A stretch of DNA of 64,000 bases. It comes from Candidatus Poribacteria bacterium. Its GTDB lineage: Bacteria > Poribacteria > WGA-4E > WGA-3G. The DNA is taken from contig OZ251518.1 in assembly GCA_965242965.1 (NCBI GenBank), forward strand, positions 352,001 through 416,000, read 5' to 3'. The notes beneath the pieces were generated by a model. It was not told the origin of the DNA. It saw nothing but the letters and a program-made list of their open reading frames with translations, and searched no databases. Both the position numbers and the translations under genes were made by a program. Position 1 is the stretch's first letter; each line of letters begins with the position of its first letter. This document shows positions 10,313-19,909 of this stretch, piece by piece.

Positions 10313-10451
10313 GAGCAGGATTATCACGATTATCACGATTTCGCACGATTATAGGGCTTGGTGCATCAAATACCCCGTGGCCTGCCACAAGGGTGCCGGG
10401 GCGTCGGATCCCTAATCTTGTGAAATCTTGGAAATCTTGAAAATCCTGCTC
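10313..10451. repeat. Long imperfect inverted repeat built of ~9-bp CAxGATT units
   Basis: GAGCAGGATTATCACGATTATCACGATT... versus ...AATCTTGGAAATCTTGAAAATCCTGCTC. Confidence 0.65.
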
Positions 10452-10462
10452 TGCTTTTGAAG

Positions 10463-10503
10463 AAAAAAAACGCGGGCAAGGAGTGCTACTCCCTGCCCGC
10501 GTT
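10463..10503 (-). terminator. Intrinsic terminator downstream of the large secreted protein gene
   Basis: AACGCGGGCAGGGAG-TAGCA-CTCCTTGCCCGCG followed by T8 on the minus strand. Confidence 0.75.
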
Positions 10504-10544
10504 AGTATGTCCTTTGTAACTAAGAACGGTTCCTTTTACCTAAA

Positions 10545-11010
10545 ACGATCGCGGGGGACAGGCCCCCGCGCTACGGTAGCCGGAACGGCCCGTTTTTTCG
10601 TAGGGCGAGGGCCTGTCCCTCGCCATGCTGCGATCGCGGGAGAAATCCCCTCGGAGCCTGAAACGATCGCGGGGGACAGGCCCCCGCGCTACGGTAGCCG
10701 GAACGTCCCGTTTTCCCGTAGGGCGAGGGCCTGTCCCTCGCCATGCAACGATCGCGGAGGAAATCCGCTCGGAGCCTGAAACGATCGCGGGGGCCTGTCC
10801 CCCGCGCTACGGTAGCCAAAACCGTCCCTTCTGTAGTTCAAGAGCGCCTGATCTTGACCCGATTGCGATCAGGCGATCGCAAACTACAGAAGGGAGCGCG
10901 GGGGACAGGCCCCCGCGCTACGGGCCAGGAAGAAAAAAATGCGCGGGGGACAGGCCCTCGCCCTACGGTAATCGAGAGATCGCGGGGGACAGGCCCCCGC
11001 GCTACGGTAT
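10545..11010. repeat. REP-like array
   Basis: Multiple CGCGGGGGACAGGCCCCCGCGCTAC and GTAGGGCGAGGGCCTGTCCCTCGCC copies. Confidence 0.88.
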
Positions 11011-11019
11011 TCGGAACGG

Positions 11020-14000
11020 CTATTCCCGCTTTTTCAACGCACCGAACGTCGTCAGCATCCGATTCGATGCGGAAACAGGACCCGGCAACAACCGCGTCAC
11101 TAATGTTTCCCGCTTACCATCAAACGCAACTTCCTCAATCTGATAGTAATACTCAATCCCCGGCTTCGCAGACGTATCGGTAAACGTGTAGGTTTGACGT
11201 TCACCTGTCGTGCCGGCACCGGCGATTAAGGCAGGATTCAAGAGCGTGAAACCACTCCCGCGCTTTTCGCTACGGCGCAGATTGAACCCGGCGTTGTCTA
11301 CCTCGGATTCGGTTGTCCATGTCAAGACGACAGCACCAACTTCGGTGCGCGTCAGCGAGAAACTTGATAACTCAACAGGTAATGCACCGCCTTCACGATG
11401 CCCCGGTGTGCCGATGTCCTCAGCATGGCCGTAATGGAGAGACTCATCAAACGGCTTGATGCGCGATGCCAACACCCAACTCGCACGCTTTCGTCCCGGC
11501 AGCGCAACACCTTTGTCGTAACGCCGAATGATGGAACTCCGAGAACCTTCCTCAAAACTCAACGGTAATGCCCAGGCCGGTGCATCATCCGAACGCCGAT
11601 CGCTGTCCCTATTCCCGACTTCGTCTACCAGATTCCCGTTCCTATCGGCGAGTTGCAGGTAGAACCCTTCGGTACTTAAGAAGGTATCGCGCGCCCTTTT
11701 TATGCGCAGATTCTTCTCATGCAGTGCAAGCAGATCGTAAATTCTGTCCGCCGGTAGATACGAATCCGACGAGGCACGCGCAGGTCCGGCCACGATGAGC
11801 AACGTTTGATTCGGTTGAATCACTTTTTCGCTGAGCGTCAACGTGACAATCGGGCGGCCGACTAAATCCTCGGAATCGACATTCTGGATCTCCAACTCCC
11901 AACGGTTGAGATTGATAGCATCCGTTTTGGAATTGTTGTAGAGTTCGATCCATTGCGGCAGTGTGCGCCCGCCGGAATCCACCATGATTTCACTGAAGGT
12001 GATGCTGCCTTTCGGCGTGGCGGCTTCCGTTTTCACTGCACCATTCGGATACCCCGGTGTGCCGGAAGTGGCGGCAGACTCTGTCACCTTCCTGTCATAG
12101 CCGATACCCGTGAATGCCGATTCTGCCCACGCATCTCGATGATACCCGACGATATCCGCCTTCGCGCGCTGCCAGACCTTGCCTGAGCCGAGGGCATCTT
12201 CAGTGTCACCACCGGGTGCCTCACGCACTTGCAAGGGCCAGACATGCGTATCATAATCGCCTGTCTGTTCACGGACAAACGCATCGGTGTCACTGCCGCC
12301 GCCACCGGCGACATCCACGAACGCCTCGTTCAGACCGAGTTTCTCTTTGGCATTCCGCAGAATCAACAGGAATTTTCCATCATCTGGCAGGGACAACTCC
12401 GATTTGACGAGATACAGGTGCGGTGAGCCTTTCTTCTCCACGGCGGCCGTGGCGGCATCATTCCCACCGGCGAGAGACGTTTTGTCCGGTGACGTATTCA
12501 CAAGCAGCAACAGCCCATTCGCCGGCACGCTCACATCTTCTACAAAAGCAATCAGGGAGGTATCTTCCTTCTTGCCATCCTGCACGATGCTGAGCTCCCA
12601 GTCCTTTAACGAGACTGCAGATCCTGTCACATTGCGGAGTTCCAACCAGTCATCAGCATCGTCACTGCCGTTGCCGAGTTCGTTGAAGACAATAGGACTC
12701 CGCGGCACATCCGTGGCGGCAGCCTTCGGCTCGGACTCCTCAGGAAGATAGATAAGGTTGATAGGCACCTCTGTCCGAGGGGCCAGCTCCTGGTCAGATT
12801 CACCCTGCAATTGGCCTTGCCCTGGCGGTGGCGTTGTCACCAAGCCTTCGCCGGACCCTTTCGCCGGTGCACCGGTGCCCGATAATTGGCTGCCTGTCTC
12901 GTCCACCAGCCGCGTGTCACTCGGCACGGTTAACCCAATCTCCTCCGCGACGCGCAGCGACTGCGCAACATCATTTGCCGCTACCGTATACGCAAACGTC
13001 ACTTTTGTCGAATTCGCGTCTTCCTGAGCACTCCAGATAGCGTGCCGTGCATTTGCCGGCACCTCTTCGCCCAGATACAGCGTCAGATACGGCGGATCCT
13101 CGCCTACATAGCGGAGACCTTCCCGATTATACGTCACTTCCACCTCAATCTTCTCTCCGACGGTATACACACCCGCCGCAGGCTCAACTATCTCCGGTGT
13201 TTCTACTACCTGGAACGGGATGTTCACCGGCACCGTCAACGTATTTGAGGCAAGGCTATCGTTACGCGCGATGTCCTGTGTTGCACCCGCTGGCAACCGG
13301 ATAGCCACGTCTCCCTGAAAACCGAGAGGCGGCGTAATCGTGGCTTTGTAGACGAGGAACGACCCGGAGTTCTTGGCATGCCCTGGCTTGTGGGCTGAAC
13401 CCGCCGGCTGCCCCGGTCTGTCCCTAGTCGGCCACTGATTGGTGGCACGATTGTCCAACCCGATATAGATAGTCTCAACTTGCCACTCGGATCTCACGAC
13501 ATCCGCACCGGTAATCTCCACATCATCGCCGGTAAAACTTTCCCCGACTTCGTCGGCTATCGCGCCCTCCGGCCTGTGATGGTTGAAAAAGCGGAATTCA
13601 ACATCAAAGGGACCTGTCTGGACATCGCTTTCCGTGACAGCCTCACGTAAATCGTCCGCTGTCATCATGGGGATTGCGGTATACGTCGCATCCAGATTCA
13701 CCGCGGCAATCCGTCTATCCTCTATGTGCGTGACACCATTTTTTATGATGCCGGGAATCCAGACTGTCGCAGGGATGGTATCCACCAGATACTTGATGAT
13801 GCCGAAAGCGTATGCGTCACTGTATCTTTCCACAGGCAGGTGGATGAGATTAGTTGCTGCAACCTTGATATCCGGATCGTCTGTGAGGTTGGGGATGCCG
13901 GTAAAAAACGCCCAAAGTTGCCGCTCAAGATCCGCCCCGGTATCAAACTCGTTGCCAATCAAATCTGTTATAATACGCGGGTTGTCAACAGGCGTTCCTC

Positions 14001-15207
14001 TGCGCCATTCCGTATGAGTATTCGGCCGAAATGCTTCTGTACCAAGTTCTATGGCACCGAAAGCGCGATGCCCTTCGGTCTTCAACTTGCCGGCTTCATC
14101 ATAAAACCACCGAAACGTTTTCACGCCGCCCTCAAGCCGAAACGTTAACTCGTCTGTTCCCGTGCCGGACACGTAGATACACTCCGTAAGAGCAGCATCT
14201 AGTTTCGCATAAAACGAGGGAGGATTGTTGGTATCCACCTGCACCGCTTCACTAAACTTCACCTTCACTTCAAACGGATCGCCGGCTCGCAAATAGAATG
14301 CCCGCGGGCTATTGGCCAACGTCACCGCGTTCGCGCCGGTTGGAAGGGCCCAACCGTGGTCGTGCACGAGTTCGCAGGCAGCAGTGTAGGTGTCACCGTA
14401 TTTTCGGTGATCCTCTAGGCACCCTTGACGCACCTGATGGTAGCGGGACGGCCCTGACTGCCCGGCAGGCGGCGCGTTTATCGTCAGGCTTTCCACCGTA
14501 GGATAGGCTGAGACTCTGCCATCTATCTTGGGGTAGTGGATAGTGCCGGTATAGGTAGCAGCTCGTACGGCCCCCGAACCCCACCTAACGAAAGGTTGGC
14601 TATTAGTCGGCGGATTCCCATAGCGAAGCCAACCGCCATCGTCGTCCCTGTCGCCTGACCGCACTTTATAGAGGTATACCACGGTATACGAATACGGTAA
14701 AGTCACAGGCACAGGCCTGTTTGGGTTTTTAAGTTCAAGATTGCGGCTCGTTCCCAGCGTTTTCATCCACGACGGAGGCGAGGTACCGGTTGGACCACCA
14801 ATCTCCCAATTCTCTAAAGATATTACTGATACGTGCCCGACTGTGGCCTGACCAGTACCGGTTACGGTCATTTTAAAGGCGATTGCGATGATGTCGCCAG
14901 CGTTTGCTGTAACAGGGTTTGCACCGTTGTGCGCTTCCATTGCGGTGATTTCAACACCACCATTCTCAAGGCTCAGCGTCCCCTCCGTAAAATCGTCGAC
15001 CCTCGCCAGTTTGCCGTCAATCTGATTACCACTCCACGTTACCCAGTTCTCTGGGTCTGGCGTATTATCCTCGTTGGGTAGTACCATGTCAGGATTCACA
15101 TAAATCCTGAGGTTATTAATTTGATATTGTGCCTGCGCTTCGGGCCCTGTTCCGATGAGAATTACCAAGGCGGCAAGCAGCAAACCTATTGGAAAAAGCA
15201 ATTTCAT
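11020..15207 (-). CDS. Large secreted/surface protein (1395 aa) with Ig-like and two lamin-tail-like domains and a C-terminal LPVEL...LTTFGALK tail
   Basis: Signal peptide MKLLFPIGLLLAALVILIG..AQA; 'IVFNELG..DWLELRN' and 'ITFSEIM..QWIELYN' LTD-like motifs; GGAGGA SD before ATG 15207. Confidence 0.8.
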   Translation of the reverse strand: MKLLFPIGLLLAALVILIGTGPEAQAQYQINNLRIYVNPDMVLPNEDNTPDPENWVTWSGNQIDGKLARVDDFTEGTLSLENGGVEITAMEAHNGANPVTANAGDIIAIAFKMTVTGTGQATVGHVSVISLENWEIGGPTGTSPPSWMKTLGTSRNLELKNPNRPVPVTLPYSYTVVYLYKVRSGDRDDDGGWLRYGNPPTNSQPFVRWGSGAVRAATYTGTIHYPKIDGRVSAYPTVESLTINAPPAGQSGPSRYHQVRQGCLEDHRKYGDTYTAACELVHDHGWALPTGANAVTLANSPRAFYLRAGDPFEVKVKFSEAVQVDTNNPPSFYAKLDAALTECIYVSGTGTDELTFRLEGGVKTFRWFYDEAGKLKTEGHRAFGAIELGTEAFRPNTHTEWRRGTPVDNPRIITDLIGNEFDTGADLERQLWAFFTGIPNLTDDPDIKVAATNLIHLPVERYSDAYAFGIIKYLVDTIPATVWIPGIIKNGVTHIEDRRIAAVNLDATYTAIPMMTADDLREAVTESDVQTGPFDVEFRFFNHHRPEGAIADEVGESFTGDDVEITGADVVRSEWQVETIYIGLDNRATNQWPTRDRPGQPAGSAHKPGHAKNSGSFLVYKATITPPLGFQGDVAIRLPAGATQDIARNDSLASNTLTVPVNIPFQVVETPEIVEPAAGVYTVGEKIEVEVTYNREGLRYVGEDPPYLTLYLGEEVPANARHAIWSAQEDANSTKVTFAYTVAANDVAQSLRVAEEIGLTVPSDTRLVDETGSQLSGTGAPAKGSGEGLVTTPPPGQGQLQGESDQELAPRTEVPINLIYLPEESEPKAAATDVPRSPIVFNELGNGSDDADDWLELRNVTGSAVSLKDWELSIVQDGKKEDTSLIAFVEDVSVPANGLLLLVNTSPDKTSLAGGNDAATAAVEKKGSPHLYLVKSELSLPDDGKFLLILRNAKEKLGLNEAFVDVAGGGGSDTDAFVREQTGDYDTHVWPLQVREAPGGDTEDALGSGKVWQRAKADIVGYHRDAWAESAFTGIGYDRKVTESAATSGTPGYPNGAVKTEAATPKGSITFSEIMVDSGGRTLPQWIELYNNSKTDAINLNRWELEIQNVDSEDLVGRPIVTLTLSEKVIQPNQTLLIVAGPARASSDSYLPADRIYDLLALHEKNLRIKRARDTFLSTEGFYLQLADRNGNLVDEVGNRDSDRRSDDAPAWALPLSFEEGSRSSIIRRYDKGVALPGRKRASWVLASRIKPFDESLHYGHAEDIGTPGHREGGALPVELSSFSLTRTEVGAVVLTWTTESEVDNAGFNLRRSEKRGSGFTLLNPALIAGAGTTGERQTYTFTDTSAKPGIEYYYQIEEVAFDGKRETLVTRLLPGPVSASNRMLTTFGALKKRE

Positions 15208-15276
15208 TACAAATTCCTCCATCTTTGGATGTCGGGGTATCCTTCTCACACCGGTGGAGAAGGCGCGCGTTCTCGA

Positions 15277-15319
15277 AGAAAAACAGGGTAACCGTGGGCG
15301 GGCGCCCACGGTTATCCTG
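15277..15319 (-). terminator. Intrinsic terminator/attenuator in the 5' leader of the surface-protein gene
   Basis: CAGGATAACCGTGGGCG-CC-CGCCCACGGTTACCCTG then TTTTTCTT, about 70 nt upstream of ATG 15207. Confidence 0.7.
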
Positions 15320-15617
15320 CCCCTTAATATCCCAAGTGGGGAGTGAATTTTCCCCGGAACAACGCTGTTTGGCTCTGGGCTGCCGTGAATGAAAAGGGGT
15401 GGTGCAACGCGAAAAGCCCCTTGGCGGCTCTCCGTGTGGAGGCGACGTTGCTAAGGAGCTATCGGTTCGCGCGCGAACCGGCTTGCGCGCAGGAAATCTG
15501 CACGCGTATTCATTGTTGTGGGAGTCAGAGCCGGGGTGGATTGTCCCGCGATGGGGACAACTTTCTTCCCTCCCCCAGGCGCGTTTCTGCCGAGAACAGC
15601 AGGGTATTAACTGCCGT

Positions 15618-15794
15618 TTAGTGAGGGGGGGGGTAAATGGTTATTAGTGTGGTAATCTCAACCGGGTCAACGGAGTTAATGGGAGGCGCGAACGCGGACA
15701 TCACGCGCGGCCGGGGTGGCTGGCGTGTCGCTGTCATGCCATGATGCAGATGCCTAATGGTATCTGCAGAGATGGAAGCAGGATAGAATGTCAT
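15618..15794 (-). CDS. Leader ORF (58 aa) with a C9 homopolymer just before its stop
   Basis: AAGGAG SD 8 nt before ATG 15794; ends ATT TAC CCC CCC CCT CAC TAA. Confidence 0.6.
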   Translation of the reverse strand: MTFYPASISADTIRHLHHGMTATRQPPRPRVMSAFAPPINSVDPVEITTLITIYPPPH

Positions 15795-15855
15795 GTGTTG
15801 CGCTCCTTTCCGTTAATCGGGTCTGTTATCGCACTAAAATTGGTGTAATGTATAT

Positions 15856-15884
15856 ATTATACCACATTTTTGTGCGTTTGTCAA
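15856..15884 (-). promoter_or_regulatory. Sigma70 promoter for the leader and surface-protein gene
   Basis: TTGACA (15884-15879)-N17-TATAAT (15861-15856), with TG extension. Confidence 0.85.
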
Positions 15885-15957
15885 ATTAAAATGTGATTTT
15901 AATGGATTTTCGTGTTTTTTTCAAGGTTTTTTTGAAAAAAATTTGATTTTTCTGTCG

Positions 15958-16712
15958 ACGGTATCCAAAACGGCCCCGATTATCGTAGCGCGAGGGCCTG
16001 TCCCTCGCGATCGTTCACGGTATCCAAAACGCCCGTTTCACCGTAGCGCGAGGGCCTGTCCCTCGCGAGCGTTCGATGGAACCGAGAACGCCCCGTTTCA
16101 CCGTAGCGCGAGGGCCTGTCCCTCGCGAGCTCTCGATTCTCCCGGGCATGGCGGGGGACAGGCCCCCGCCCTACGGTATTCGGAGCGGCTTTTTTAACCG
16201 TAGCGCGAGGGCCTGTCCCTCGCGATCTCTCGATTATCCCGGGCATGGCGGGGGACAGGCCCCCGCCCTACGGTAAAACGGGCCGCCTCCTTCTGTAGGT
16301 CAAGAGCGCCTGCTCTTGACCTGTTTGCGATCAGGCGATCGCAAACTACAGAGGGGAAACGCGACGGTATCCAAAACGCCACCGATTACCGTAGCGCGAG
16401 TGCCTGTCCCTCGCGAGCGTTCAACGAATCCAAACCGCCCCGATTCCCGTAGCGCGAGGGCCTGTCCCTCGCGAGCTCTCGATTCTCCCGGGCACGGCGG
16501 GGGACAGGCCCCCGCCCTACGGTAATTGAGGGCCGTCTTCTCTTGACCTGTTTGCGATCAGGCGATCGCAAACTACAGAGGGGAGCGCGCACCGTATCCC
16601 GGGCACGGCGGGGGACAGGCCCCCGCCCTACGGTAGAAGCGTGGTTCCTCCTGTAGGTCAAGAGCGCCTGCTCTTGACCCGATGGCGATCAGGCGATCGC
16701 AAACTACAGATG
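15958..16712. repeat. REP-like array
   Basis: Many GTAGCGCGAGGGCCTGTCCCTCGCG, GGCGGGGGACAGGCCCCCGCCCTAC and GTAGGTCAAGAGCGCCTGCTCTTGAC copies. Confidence 0.88.
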
Positions 16713-16725
16713 CGGAGCACGCCCA

Positions 16726-17895
16726 TTAAAACGCCGCCTCCAACAACCCCAACATATCCTCCTCCGTGCAAGAGCGCGGGTTGGATTTATAACAGTGATC
16801 CAACATAGAATCCGCGGCGAGTTTGGGGAGACGTTCGCGAGGCAAACCGCAGGCACCAAGTCCCTCCGGCATCCGTAATTCCTCGTTCAATGCGCGGATT
16901 TCGTCAATAGCGGCGCGCGCAGCGGCTTCCGCAGACATGCCAGCGGTGTTTACGCCTAATGCATCGGCGACATCGGCGTATTTGTCCATCGCAAAGGAGA
17001 AGTTGAATTCCATCACGGGCGGCAACAGAATCGCGTTGGCGACACCGTGGGGTATCGGTGCTTCAGTGGATAACTGATGCGCGATAGAATGGACTGCGCC
17101 GAGTCCCTTCTGAAAAGCGAACGCGCCCATGCTCGCGCCGAGCAACATCTCGGTTCTCGCCGTGACATCGTCGCCGTGATGATACGCCTTTCGGATGTTC
17201 GCGCCGAGCATCTTCAGTGCCTGCAATGCGACACCTTCGGAGATAGGGTGATACCTCGTGGCGACATACGCTTCGATGCCGTGCGTGATGGCATCCATGC
17301 CGGTGGCGGCGGTGAGCGGCATCGGCATGCCTACCGTTAACCCCGGGTCGAGGAGAGAGATGTTTGACATATTTAACGGCGTAACGATGGCGCGTTTTCG
17401 CCATCTATCTGTCGTGTTTCGCGAGGTATCGGTGATAATGGCACCTTGCGAGACCTCGCTGCCGGTGCCAGCTGTCGTCGGGATGCAGATGAGCGGCGGC
17501 ATGTTATCGCGGATGCGTTCCCTCCCGCCGACATCGACGTAGTAAGGCTCCAACGGCGGTTCGTGCGTTGTCAAAATGCGAATGGCTTTCGCTGCGTCCA
17601 TCACACTTCCGCCGCCGATGGCGATGATGACATCGCATGCGGCGCGCTTCCACAACGCCGCCCCTTCTTCCGTGCTGATGTCTGTCGGATTCGGTTCAAT
17701 TTCGGTGTAGTCGGCATAAGGGATGTTGGCATCTTCCAACGGCGCGATGGCTTTCGCGAGGATGCCCGCGCGGCGGACACCGGCATCGCTTACCACCAGC
17801 GGTTTTCGGCCACCGAGGTGCTTGACATGCGCCGCTAGGGATTCAATTGCACCCTCGCCACATTCAATGCGCGGCGGTAAAAAGTAGCTATGCAT
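16726..17895 (-). CDS. Iron-containing alcohol dehydrogenase
   Basis: GGGSVMDAAK, IPTTAGTGSE, GMDAITHGIEAY, HSIAH and HGVANAILLP motifs; start overlaps the upstream stop. Confidence 0.93.
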   Translation of the reverse strand: MHSYFLPPRIECGEGAIESLAAHVKHLGGRKPLVVSDAGVRRAGILAKAIAPLEDANIPYADYTEIEPNPTDISTEEGAALWKRAACDVIIAIGGGSVMDAAKAIRILTTHEPPLEPYYVDVGGRERIRDNMPPLICIPTTAGTGSEVSQGAIITDTSRNTTDRWRKRAIVTPLNMSNISLLDPGLTVGMPMPLTAATGMDAITHGIEAYVATRYHPISEGVALQALKMLGANIRKAYHHGDDVTARTEMLLGASMGAFAFQKGLGAVHSIAHQLSTEAPIPHGVANAILLPPVMEFNFSFAMDKYADVADALGVNTAGMSAEAAARAAIDEIRALNEELRMPEGLGACGLPRERLPKLAADSMLDHCYKSNPRSCTEEDMLGLLEAAF

Positions 17896-19834
17896 GCTTC
17901 TCCTGTGCCAGATTTTTCTGGACTTCCTCTACTAAGGCGTTTAAATGCACGTGCCGGAAGAATTCAGACAGGCGTTGCTGTTTGAGTTCTTTCGGGAACA
18001 AAACGAAATTTGCGCACCGGCTTTCGGCGATGGCAAGCACTTCGCGGTATGCCCGGCTCGTTGCGTATCCGACAGCGAAGACGTATCGTTTGCCATATTT
18101 TTGGAGATAGTCGATCAGGCGCGTCGCGCAAAGTTGTATCTGCGCGCTATTCTGGGGAGCGAGTTGGAAATCGTATCGGACGAGTTGTTCCTCTTCCTCG
18201 AACTCTTCGGGGACGGGGCCGTAGAGTCCGGATAGCGTTACCTTGTGAATTCGCTGATGCTTTTCGGGGAACGCCGTTTGCAGTTTTTTCGCCATTAACT
18301 TATGCGTTCGTGAAAGCGAATACGGCTTCTGTCCGGCGCACGGAATAACTAATAGCATCTCCATCTCCGCGGGTGGTTGATAGTCCGCTGGGACGCTGAA
18401 ATCGTCGGGGGTATAGTCTAGTGAGATAGTCGTTTCCGCGTCTTCACGGATGAGCGTGGTTGAATTCTCCGCGGGACCGTAAGGGAAAAGTTCCAATTGA
18501 TTCGGGTTCCGCGCCGCCTTTTCAGCGGCCATCGGCACCTGCACCAAGGTCCGGGTTAGGCGCGTCGCCAATTCAGAGTCTCTCGTGGAGAGCCATTGGA
18601 CTGCATCTCGGATGCTGCGGCCGCGTTGAAACCTTTCGACGTGTCGCGTTAACCCCTCAATTGCATCGTCAGCCTGAATTGCCTCGCGCATATCTGCGAG
18701 GAGTTGCGTCTCCATCTCAAAATTGTGAAGAGAGAGGAGCGCGTAGTATTCGCTTTTAAACTTGCCGGTTGAGGTGGCTTGGTAACTCTTCTCCTCCATA
18801 AACCCCTGCTGCATTTCGTCAAGCGTGATAGATTGGCAGACGTAACATTCGCACGTGAAAGCGTCCATCTCCATAATCTTCAGTTTCTTGAGCGTTTGGG
18901 GATGCGAATAGGCGAGGCTGCGCGAGGCTTGGACGTAAGACGAACTATCAAAAGTGTCCACCCCCATGTAGGCGAGGATGGGTGTCAGGATGCCGGATAC
19001 TCCGAACGCGTGGATGGGGGTATTATCGCGCCGGGCGGCGGGAATTGCCTCGACAACGCCGTTGAGGAGTTCCATGACTGCGGAATCGTTTTTGCCGCGC
19101 AGCGGGACAAGTGAACCGACTGCCAATCCAAAAGAGGGGAGCAATTCGCCGATTTTCTCAAAGACGTTGTCAACGTAACCTTGAATGTCTTTGCCGGATT
19201 GCCCGTGGCAGCAGACATAGAGATAGGGCATATCGGTTTTGCCGCTCAGCCGTTGCGCGACGCGGTGCGCGTTAGCAAAACTCCGCGCCATTCGTTCTTC
19301 TGCTTCGGCGCGCGCCAAGTTCGGGGGGATAGGATAGTCCAACGTCGCGACGATGTCGCCCTCAAAATCGAGTTGTATTTCGAGGATATCGTCAGCCTCT
19401 GTTTCTTTGTGGATGCCGAATTGGGATAAATCTAACCCCGTGTTGTAAAGCAGTTTGAAGCCGCCCGAATCCAAAAAGAGCACGCCTTGGTAATCGCCGT
19501 TCTGTTCGAGGTAATGCTCCCGCATCGACTTTTTCCGCCAATTCGCGAGATATTTCCCGGTGAAGTTGAAGTCGAGAAAGTGCAGGACCTGGGATAGCGT
19601 TGGGGTATCGCGTTGCATGAAGTTGCGGAGGATGTATTTCCAAACCCCGCCGCCGCGCGCGCTCGTGCCGGTGAGGAAATTGATGACAGGGTAGAGAATC
19701 GGTGTTTCCAATTTTCGGTTTGCCGTGCGAAATTGCAATTCGCCGATGCGTCCGTGTTCCGTGGCGGTGACGGTGCGGAAGATAGTGGGCGTGCTGTCGG
19801 TTTTTGTATCGCGGGCGTTTTCGTGTGTGTGCAT
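17888..19834 (-). CDS. TGT-family protein (arcTGT-like catalytic and Zn domains) fused to an ArcS/DUF5591-like domain
   Basis: LDSGGF, LDYP, IHAFG, GVDTFDSSSY and CECYVC...HN motifs; C-terminal PCAGQKPYSLSRTH. Confidence 0.82.
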   Translation of the reverse strand: MHTHENARDTKTDSTPTIFRTVTATEHGRIGELQFRTANRKLETPILYPVINFLTGTSARGGGVWKYILRNFMQRDTPTLSQVLHFLDFNFTGKYLANWRKKSMREHYLEQNGDYQGVLFLDSGGFKLLYNTGLDLSQFGIHKETEADDILEIQLDFEGDIVATLDYPIPPNLARAEAEERMARSFANAHRVAQRLSGKTDMPYLYVCCHGQSGKDIQGYVDNVFEKIGELLPSFGLAVGSLVPLRGKNDSAVMELLNGVVEAIPAARRDNTPIHAFGVSGILTPILAYMGVDTFDSSSYVQASRSLAYSHPQTLKKLKIMEMDAFTCECYVCQSITLDEMQQGFMEEKSYQATSTGKFKSEYYALLSLHNFEMETQLLADMREAIQADDAIEGLTRHVERFQRGRSIRDAVQWLSTRDSELATRLTRTLVQVPMAAEKAARNPNQLELFPYGPAENSTTLIREDAETTISLDYTPDDFSVPADYQPPAEMEMLLVIPCAGQKPYSLSRTHKLMAKKLQTAFPEKHQRIHKVTLSGLYGPVPEEFEEEEQLVRYDFQLAPQNSAQIQLCATRLIDYLQKYGKRYVFAVGYATSRAYREVLAIAESRCANFVLFPKELKQQRLSEFFRHVHLNALVEEVQKNLAQEKHA

Positions 19835-19879
19835 AAGTTGTTTTTGGTTCCTGTCTGTCGAGGGTTATAGATTATTAAT

Positions 19880-19908
19880 ATGATACCACAAACGCGAATT
19901 TCGTGCAA
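19880..19908 (-). promoter_or_regulatory. Sigma70-like promoter of the TGT-like gene
   Basis: TTGCAC-N17-TATCAT with TG extension. Confidence 0.55.
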
Positions 19909-19909
19909 A

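Noticed and set aside
10483-11183. ORFs reading MARDRPSPY / RGTGPRAT / SAGACPPR here and in other intergenic blocks
   Set aside because: Translations of stop-poor palindromic repeats in several overlapping frames
15320-15610. Known riboswitch in the long leader
   Set aside because: Several hairpins but no cobalamin, TPP, SAM or c-di-GMP consensus recognised by eye; an Rfam scan is needed to exclude one
15958-16712. Possible CRISPR array (also at 10545, 19910, 48385 and 58165)
   Set aside because: Repeats occur in both orientations with mixed families and re-used spacers; no cas genes; fits REP arrays
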